A stretch of 64,000 nucleotides of DNA, taken from contig OX597821.1 in NCBI GenBank assembly GCA_951406725.2, positions 25,420,001-25,484,000 on the forward strand, in the 5' to 3' direction. Both the position numbers and the translations under genes were made by a program. The notes beneath the pieces are model-generated. The model did no database searches, was not told the origin of the DNA, and saw only the letters and a list, made by a program, of their open reading frames with translations. Source of the DNA: Octopus vulgaris. Taxonomy: Eukaryota. This document shows positions 41,501 to 52,050 of the stretch, one piece after another (position 1 is the first letter of the stretch; each line of letters begins with the position of its first letter).

Positions 41501-44500
41501 ATTCGTTGATACAATCAACCCTTAGTGTTTGAATTGTACTTTATCTTACCAATCTAGCAGGGATGAAAGGTTAAGTTAACCCGAGTGGGATTTGAAACCA
41601 GAAGACAGAAAGAGTCAGAACAAATATCACAAGTCTTTCTGTCCATTGCTCTAACAAATCTGCCAACCACTGCCATTCATGATGATGATGATGATGTTAA
41701 GCAGAACTGTTAAGAGTATCAGACAAAATGCCATGTGGTATTCTGTTTGCCTCTTTAGATTAAGAGTTCATATTCAACTAAGTTTGCCTTTCAACAATCT
41801 GAGTTGATAAAATGACTAGTACTCAGGTCACTGGTTGCAAATGACCCTTCCCCTTCAGAATCGTTGGCTTTGTGCCTAAATCAGAAAACATAATAATAAT
41901 AATAATCCTTTTTACTATAGGCAGAAGGCCTGAAATTTTTGGAGGAAGGGATAAGTCGCTTACATCAACCCTGAAAGGATGAAGGGCAAAGTCAACCTCT
42001 GCAGACTTTGAACTCAGAATGTAAGGATGGATGAAATGCTGTTAAGCATTTTGCCCAGTGTGCTAATGATTCTGCCAGCTCACTGCCTTAATAATATGAA
42101 TAATAATAATTAATTAATTCATTCATTCATTAGTTACTTAACAATCATCACCTACAATCCAAGAAACAAACTTGGTTTGAGATATTGTAATTTCTCCTAA
42201 AGAGCTATGAAATTACAGAACAAAAATGTGACACTAAGGCAATGACAAAAACAAACAAACAAAAAAATCAAATTAATTATGACTATGAATGAGAAGCTAC
42301 AAATCAATTCATGCTCGATGCAGATTTATGAATTATATGTGTGTGTGTGTGTGTGTGTGTTTATGTGTGAGTATGTGTGCATATTATAGAATATATATAT
42401 ATATATATACATGCACAGACCCAGTCTAAGACTGATTTGTAAGCTACATAAACATAGTTTTGGACTCACCCCTGCCATATTTGGCATACTAGCTTTCATC
42501 ATGCCATACATGCCATCACCAGAACTCGTAGAATCTATAAATTGCAGAAAGAAAATTATCATTTCATTATTTGAAAACAAATGATTGTTTTTTTTTTCTT
42601 CATTTTCTTTTTTCTTATTATACATCTATTCTTCCATTAGTTTTGCTGGGAGGATATTTGATGTGTAGAAGAGGAACCTGTTGTCACTTAATTTAACTAA
42701 GATTTGTATATGTCTTACCCAGCAGTACAATAGAATAGCTGAGCGCCGTAATAGTTCAGTACTGTTTACTCACAGTTACTGGACCTTCAATGATAACAAA
42801 GAGAATCAGAAAAAATAAATAAATCAATCAATCAATAAATGTCAAGGAAATACAGTTGTCCCTACCTTGTGGACTTGGCATAATCGGCGTTCCTGGAGCC
42901 CCTCCTGTAGCAGGTGGACCCTTAAAATAGTCGGAAAAATACTTTATAGCAGGAATTTAAAATTTTAAAAAAAAAAACAAGAATAGCAAACTCTTCAAGT
43001 TTGGATTCCTGTCAACATGTATCACCATTTGCAAATATTTACAGACTTCATATAACATACTGATCTTCATTTGGTCAAGCCAAGTGACTTGCTAGAATTA
43101 GCAGTTAAACTACCCTCAAATTACATATTGTCATCTTTAAAAGTAAAGGGGATACATTGGATTAATGTAGTATTAGATACCTAATAATGTAGTTATTAAT
43201 ACCTAAAAGAAGGATGTACAGTTATGACTAGAATATCTTTGGTAGTAGGCTTGCTAAATCAGAGCTGGTTGCAGCTGAAGAACAACATTAATCTAATTCA
43301 TTCAGTCTCTACAAATACTGCTTTTAACAGAAGCATGCATCAAAATATTTTCTGGAAACAGAACTTAAAACTTTTGAATAATTTCACTTTGAACTGATCA
43401 CCAATGAAGATATTAGGAAGACCTCAAAGTGGAAACTTACTACATGGCAAGCAGACAGCAGCAGAAATCTTCAGAACTCCTATCAAGCAAGTGTTCCTGG
43501 CACGTTAAGGTAACCAGGTCCACCTAGGTCATGACTCCTAGGTTTTCTCCAACTGTTTCCAAAATGCAACCTTTATGAGGATTGAACCAGGAGCCTTCCC
43601 TGAACTGTGGCATATATCACCCAGCCACAAAGACCACTAAAACAACTCGCATAGTAGATCTATTTCAAACTAGATTTCCCTCCTATTCTCTGTTTAGCAG
43701 CTTGCAATATTCTCTTCTAGCTCCAGCTATTGTTTCACTTCGCTTATAGCTACATTAAGCTCTCCTCATATGTCTCTGACAGGCATTTTATTATCGCTAT
43801 TTTCAGAAATGAAATGATTGATACTGAAGTATTCGATAATACCATATTAATATCAGAAAGTATATAATCCTTTCTGTTAAATTGGGATCACAAAACAATT
43901 ATATGAAAAAAGACTAGGGAATGACTTTCAAGCAAAACTAGACTGCTGTTTCGTACAAAAGTGAGGTTGTCAAACATCAACTCAAACAACTATCTCATCT
44001 ATATCATAATCATCTGTCCACAATAGATCTTATAAATATGCTCACACAGTTGCTCAAGGGAAATGAGGGTTTTCACAATATTTGTTGTGTACAAAATGAT
44101 TCTGCAGTGAATTTAATAACAGTAGAATAGTCACCGAATCCTCAATGTTTCGCATATACAACAAACATCTTAAACAATAGGGAGAGGAACAAGAGACAAG
44201 TCATATAACAAAAAGAAAAATCACAGTAATTTATAGAAGAAGCTGGAGAACAGACTTACATTATAACTGCCAGGTGATGCTGATGAATAATTTATCTAGA
44301 AAAATAAAGTATGAAAAAAAATATTAAGAAAATCAAGCTGAAGAAAACACAGCTTCTTATTTAAGTAACAATATTTTGATATACAATACCTCCATATTTT
44401 TATAAACTGATCTAGAATTAATTAACATATATGATCAGACCATACAATTATCAAATGCAGTTATCATATGACAAAAGCTAAGTCAACACTCAAATAAAAA

Positions 44501-47500
44501 CAGAGTTATCATATACCCAAACCTTAAAGTTAATAGTTAACAATATGCACCACAGCTATTACATAGATAATGGTAAAATACAACACCTAGCTAAATGCTA
44601 TGTTACACCTGGAAGTCGTCCATGCTGCCAACAAAGCACGCGGAATTCTGTTCTTGATTCGGAATGCTCACAGCAGCCATATTCCTACGGCTCTATATCA
44701 TCTCGAAAGAGTCCAGAAGCTGGCTACCCACATGGTTCATGGTCTCAAGAATTTGTCTTATGAAGAAAGGCTGAAGACACTCGACCTAAACGCCGCCACC
44801 GTGGTGATCTCATTCTCGCTCACAACATCATAAGCGGAAAGTGTAACCTCTCGAAAGAGCTGTTCTTCACTCCTGCTCCAGAGCGTCGGCTGCGGGGTCA
44901 TTCCGAAAAGCTCTACCTGCGAGGATTTCATCTCAATCGAAGGAGAGGAGCTTTCTCCATCCGGGTTGCGGATCCGTGGAACAAGCTGCCGACGACCGCT
45001 TTGTTCAAAGTCTCCCTTGACCTCAAGTGGCCTGAACTCTTTACATGAACACCACCCTGTACTTAACTCCATGTCCCCCATACATGGCCTTGCTTTTTGC
45101 TTTTGAGCCAAAAAATTAACTAACTCACTAACTAACTAAATGTTACACCTAAGACCAGTAAAAATGGATTAACTTGTTGACTGTGTCACAGTGTTTTGTT
45201 GCAGTAATACTGTGTTACATCTGACAGTCTTGTAACACTAGTACACCTGGTAATTCTATAACAGTGTTACACTTGGTAATTCTGGAAGAATATTTTAAAC
45301 TTTGCAATAATAGGCCAGTGTTATAATTGTCAGTTCTTTGACTGTGTTCATTTCATCAGTGCAACTCGGCAGATATTCTGTTCCTTCTGCCGTTTCAACT
45401 GTTATAAACAAATTAATTTATTATATGTTGTAATTATTATTAAACAAAAAGGTAGAGAAAATAACTTACTGATGAAGATGTTGGGGGCCATGGTCTGTTT
45501 CCTTGTCCACCAGGCCTGAGAAAAAATAGGAAAAGAGAAGTGAACATTGTTACATTATAAACCTTACATGGATCCCTTAAGTTATTTAAAAACAATACAA
45601 GAAGGGTAATTGTACTGCCTTAAAAGTAATTTAAAATTTAACAAGGTTTTCAAAGCAACACATTTGATAATGATTACTATATTTTCTTATTTTTGGTTCG
45701 TTTTACACCTATTTTTCTACATTTGCATGGATTAGTTATGTTGAGGCATGGTTCTACAGCCAGATACTAACCCATATCTGTTTTCCAAAATAAGGGATCT
45801 CTTATTCCACAACATTTAACACAACCCAAAGTAACATGATGATGTGTGAATGTTCTTGCACATTCACACACGCACCTTAGTAAGAAGTGGATGGAGTAGA
45901 GACAGAAACCTAGTCTGAATACTTGAAACAGAATGGACTCCATTAAAAGTACCCAAGGGCTTGATGATGGTGCTAAGCTGGGTGACAGTTTAGGTCTACC
46001 ACTGAAGCCCTTTTTGGTATATGCTATTGTGGTCTTCAAATTGTTACTGAACTAAAAGGGATCAGTGGCATAAGTTAAATGAAAAATAGTCTCAAGGAAA
46101 AATCAGGCCCTATCTCTATCTAAGGCATTTATATAATATCAACATTGGGAAAAGCTGGTTAAGCTTCGTAAAGTTTACAAGTAAAAACATGGCTCAAAAT
46201 TTATTGCCAAACTATAAACAAATACTAAATATTCCTCTCAATCAATTCTATATAAATTTTCACCTGTAATTAAGTTACAAAATTTGCAACACATCTTTAA
46301 AAATAAATTCTCCAAATTGGATTAGAATAGGCATGAAATCTGACTGAATTGAAGAATATCATCCTCTTCTTCCTCATTATCATTTAATGTCCATTTTCCA
46401 TGCTGACATTGGTTGGACAGTTTGACTGGAGCTGGTGAAACTGGGGGGGCTGTACCTGGCTCCATTGTCTGTTCAGGCATGGCCTCTATGGCTGAATGCC
46501 TTTTCTGATGCCAACCACTCCACAGAGTGTCCTGGGTGCTTTTTTTATGTGGCACCAGCACCAGTACTTTTAACCTTCAATTTCAGTATAGCTTGAAGAT
46601 GATTTACTAGCATGGAAAGTGGACACTAAACGATGATGATGATGATGATGATCTTTGTGATGTCAAATAATTAAAGGGCAAACAGAAATTCCATGTTTTT
46701 AATGAAATAAGAAATAATCTGGAGCTGAAAACTATCCTAAAAGAATCAAATGAAATGTTGAACTGTTATATATACAGTAAGACAGCAAGTTCAAATTCAG
46801 CTGAAGGTGCATAATTAGTAAATTCAAAGAGAATGACACCTAATGCCGCTCTAGAGGACATTTTTGACACCACCACTCCATTTTCCTTTCTTTGTTTCTG
46901 AAACTTAGAGATATTAAAAGCAACTCTGACCTCGGAAACCTAACAATAGGGAGCTTGGTAACCAAAGCCTGTTGTCTCCAGTGTCCAAATAAACCAAAAT
47001 AATGATTGAAAAATCCAAGACAACTGAATTATTTAAGTATATATGGGGATTGTGACGTGTGCCTAATTATAGGTGTTCACTGTGCATCTCCTTTTGCAAT
47101 GAGTACAGGGGAAAATGATCAAAAATAATCTTTACTTACATGCTCATGGGTGGCATGGCACCAGGAGCTGTTGGACCCATACTGTTTGGAGGTGGACCTC
47201 TGATGCCACCGTAATTCTGTATTGTTTCATATACCTAGAAAAATAACAATACAATTTCAACAAGTTATTATTGTTATTATTACCAGTTTAGTAAGTAGAA
47301 AAATACAAGTCTACACCATAAAGAAGAACAATGATAAAGCCCCTATTTTCATGTGTAAACTTCCACAAGTGGGTAAAGTAATAAATCAATGTGCTTTTTT
47401 TTTTTTAAAATCTTCAGAACAAATTCAAAAGCAATAAAAAAAAATATCTGCTACTGATAAACTAGAAAATATTTTCAGCAGTGTTATCATAATCATAACT

Positions 47501-48132
47501 TCTAACCCAAAATCCCCAAGGACGTTTCGTGAAGAATGTGTCTAAACTGATAATTATAATTCACATTAAAACGTTTATGTCAGTGTTTAAAGACACTGAG
47601 GAAACACTGATATTCATGTTTTACAATTTTACCACATGCAAACTAAATATTTGTGTTCTGTATAGGTTATCCACCCTTGACCTGCAATTCATTATGTAGA
47701 TAATCCTTTCTGCTATAGGCAGAAGGCTCGAAATTTTGGGAGGAGGGATAAATTCGGTTACATCAACCTCAGTACTTGACTGATACTTAATTTATCGACC
47801 CCAAAAGGATGAAAGGCAAAAGTCAGCCTCAGCAGAATTTGAACTCAGAACATAAAGGTGGACAAAATGGCGTTGACCATTTTGCCCAGCATGCTAACTG
47901 CCAGCTCACCACCTTTTCTTATGTAAATTCTCTTTTACTTGTTTCAGTCATTTGACTGCGGCCATACTGGAGCACCGCCTTTAGTCGAACAAATCGACCC
48001 CCCAAGACTTATTCTTTGTAAGCCCAGTACTTATTCTATCGGTGTCTTTTGCCGAACCGCTAAGTGACGGGGACGTAAACACACCAGCATCGGTTGTCAA
48101 GTAATGCTAGGGGGACAAACACAGACACACAA

Positions 48133-48172
<40 letters not shown>

Positions 48173-51100
48173 ACATATGTACGACAGGCTTCTTTCAGTT
48201 TCCGTCTACCAAATCCACTCACAAGGCATTGGTCGGCCCGGGGCTATAGCAGAAGACACTTGCCCAAGATGCCACGCAGTGGGACTGAACCCGGAACCAT
48301 GTGGTTGGTTAGCAAGCTACTTACCACACAGCCATTAAGTTTATAATATTTTATAAACTTAAAAGCCTATAAGCAATCACTGTGTATTGACCAAAGAAAA
48401 TAGTCTAATATTGGGGTATACAAGCCCTTGAGAGAAAAAAAAGTGAGTTTTCCATATATGTTCATCTCTCCATTTTTTCAACAATAAAGTTTTAGATAAT
48501 GCAGATTACTCCTTCCACAAGATTTGTGTACATGGAGGATAAGGTAATGAAACAAGTTGTTGTTGTTGTTGTTGTTGATGCTATCCCATTACATAAAGCA
48601 GGATTTGTTGTCATATGAGAAGGAAAATCTCATTGCTTTGAACAAGGATTTTCATCACTGAAGACAGAAATTACAAACAACTTCACATAGGCGCAGGAGT
48701 GGCTGTGTGGTAAGTAGCTTGCTAACCAACCACATGGTTCCGGGTTCAGTCCCACTGCGTGGCATCTTGAGCAAGTGTCTTCTGCTATAGCCCCAGGCCG
48801 ACCAATGCCTTGTGAGTGGATTTGGTAGATGGAAACTGAAAGAAGCCTGTCGTATATATGTATATATATATGTATGTGTGTGTGTTTGTGTGTCTGTGTT
48901 TGTTCCCCTAGCATTGCTTGACAACCGATGCTGGTGTGTTTACGTCCCCGTCACTTAGCAGTTCGGCAAAAAGAGACCGATAGAATAAGCACTGGGCTTA
49001 TAAAAAGAATAAGTCCCGGGGTCGAGTTGCTCGACTAAAGGCGGTGCTCCAGCATGGCCGCAGTCAAATGACTGAAACAAGTAAAAGAGTAAAGAGAGTA
49101 TCAACACGACTTGATGTCATTTCATTAATTTCTCTAAGATCCCTATCAAACCACACCTTCTTCTGTCACTTCTTGTAGCTTGAAATCATCAAAGACCAAA
49201 CAGTTTACACTTCACATTGGTGAAACCAAGCTGTGAATGTCACTGCTAATTAAAGCTACAATTAATTGAAGTAAATTAGCCACTTTGGTAAATGGTGACT
49301 ATAAAAAAAAAAAGAAGTTTAATTCAGACTATATTTTACTACTCTTATTTTTGCTATATTTTACCTGGCTAAAATAACTAGTGATGAAAACAGACAGCTA
49401 CGGGTCAATGATATTTGAGCAACGAGACGTAATGGGTAACTGAAAACCAAAGAAAATATGTTAAATAAAAGATGTTACTAACTGGGTTTATTGGGCCCTG
49501 CATTCTACCAGGATGGTTCATTCGCTGCATTGGACCAATTCCAGGATGACCTGTTGGAAGATAGGAAAAATAATGAACTGATAGAAATGATGATGAGAGT
49601 AATGTTATGGATATATTTATGACGAATAATGTAGGTGACACTGTACTAATGTTATGTTGTTGACTGAAGTGGGTGAAACAATGGTGTTTGTGATTTGTTT
49701 TTTTTTCAACAAGAAAGGAAGACAGAGTTAAAATTCAATGTTGATAAGACCCAATTAACACTTTAGTATTCAAATCTTATTTCTTCATCAATAACATTAA
49801 TGCACCAACTTGTTGTTTTTGTACGGACATACATGTGGCGTGTGTACTTACTTCAAAAGAAGAAGCGTAGCAAAGCGGGAGAGAGCAGGACAGAGAGAAA
49901 AAGACAGTGTGAGAGAGTAAAAGAGAGCGACAGTGAGTGGAGATGGTGTTTGTTTTGTGTTTTTAAATGTTTATCACATCGCAAGAGAAGTTGATACATA
50001 GATACATATACACATTGTTAAATTAAAAGCGGAGAGGAGGGACACAGAAGAAGTGAGAGAGAAAATGAGATAGTAGATACATAGATCGAAAGAAAAGTTG
50101 ACACATTGATACATAGACACATTGTTAAATCAAAGACAAATAATTACAGCAAATAATGGATGTCACTTTCACTTTTCATTACCACACGAGGATAAAAATT
50201 AACTCACAAGTGGCTGAATACTCCACAGACATGCATACCATTAACATAGTTCTCAGAGAGATTAAGCCTCTCACATAATATGAGGCTGGCTCCTTTGAAT
50301 TACAGCTACAACTCATTTTGGTCAGCTGAGTGGACTGGAGCAAGATATATCTTCAAGTGGTTGGAAGAAAACGAAAAAAGATCCTATATAGCAACAGGGA
50401 AATCTTTTTAGTCGTTAGGGTCACTATGGGTGTTAATCCGGTCCTAACAGCGGGGTTTGTGGGTTTCACAGATCTGGAGGCTAAGCTCTCGGGTAAACAC
50501 CGATGCGCAGGTTGTTGTTAGCAAACTAAGCAAGAGTTGAGGGCGAATGAATACAAGATGGAATAGAAATTATTTCATCTTAGCTTTCACTACTTATACA
50601 AAACACGACATTTTTGCCTTACGATATGGAATATTTCCTTTCCTTTGACTCTTTTTTAAAAATGTCACTCCATCGGTTACGACGACGAGGATCTTCTTTA
50701 TCTGATCAACAGAACAGTCTGCTTGTAAAATGAATGCAAAAGTGGCTGAGTACTCCACAGACAGGCATACCATAACGTAGTTCTCAGGAAGATCCAACCT
50801 CACACAAAAGTGACAAGGCTGGCCCCTTTGAATTACAACTACAACTCATTTTTGCCATCTCAGTGGACTGCAGCAAGGTGATGTAGAGTACCTTGCTCAA
50901 GAATACAGCGCACCACCAGGAATTGTACTCTTGACTTTACGATCGTGGGCCAAATATCCCTAACCACTGGGCCACGCACCTTCACTCTCTTAACCATAAA
51001 GTAAAGGAGTGAAGCAATAGAAACAGAGACAGTGACAATTAGACTGAAATACGACAAATCTTTTCTAGCTTCTTTACTTTTATTAATGAAGAAGAGAGAA

Positions 51101-52015
51101 AGACATTTAGTAATAAATAGAGAGAAAGTCTTTCGGGTGTTTATGTTCTCATTCTGAGAGTTCTAGAACGATCAAGTGTTAGTTCTCCCTTCTTTCCCCC
51201 ACCCCCAGTACTTATTTGCCTTCTTTCATAGTTCTTCATGTCTCTAAGTTGGTGGGGAAAGACCATGTTTATTTTTTTTCAGGCAAGTTTTCTCTACACA
51301 CTACAAACAAGCCCTACTCCATCCTTTTTTCCCCTCCATACAAAAACTAATGCAAATTTCGAATGGGGGTATAGCTGTGAAAAGAGCCCAGAAAAATGGG
51401 TAACACTCCCTATAAAATGGGTGGGGGAGAATAGTTGCCAACAGGTGGCTACACGAAATTCAACTCTATATTTTAAAGAATGTCTTCTACTATAGCTTCG
51501 GGCTGACCAAAGCCTCGTGAGTGAATTTGGCATGTTCCTATATCTCTTTTTTTTTCTCCCCTTTCACAATTTATTTACAAATATCTGGTTGATATATATG
51601 ACATAAGATCTCTGTTTTCCTTCTAATTTTCTGATGTTTTTCTAAATATTTTTGCACTGAGGAGAATGGTAATACATAATTAAATTAATTTCATTTAATT
51701 ATTATTGTAATTAATTTAATTTTTCCCATGTTTTTTCTTACATGTTGGTATTATCATTCGAAACAGTTGTATGCAAAAATTAAATTTTAAAAAAAAATCT
51801 TTTGACATTCTTCTCTTCTATTTTTTCTAATGGTTAGTTGTGTTTTATGTAAGATTTTATCTTATACATGCCTATAACAAACACTTTACTTGTTATTTTC
51901 ATATTTTAAATGCTTGCGATACCAAGCTATTAGTTTGATATGAAGAATCTTTATTAGAAATATATCTTTTTGGTCACCCCAAAAAGTTTAAATTGTTCTA
52001 CTTGAACTTATCTTT

Positions 52016-52050
<35 letters not shown>

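Noticed and set aside
48104-48924. Two near-identical ORFs on opposite strands (…RQASFSF.LPNPLTRHWSA.GYSRRHL.KMPRSGTEPGTMWLVSKLLTTQPL…)
   Set aside because: Antisense translations of two copies of the same SINE, not a duplicated gene.
49840-49940. Long minus-strand pyrimidine tract ending GAAGTAAGT (possible recursive site or 3-nt exon)
   Set aside because: AG and GT overlap rather than forming AG|GT, and the donor for a 3-nt exon (gtacac) is poor; the tract may simply be a (GA)n-type repeat.
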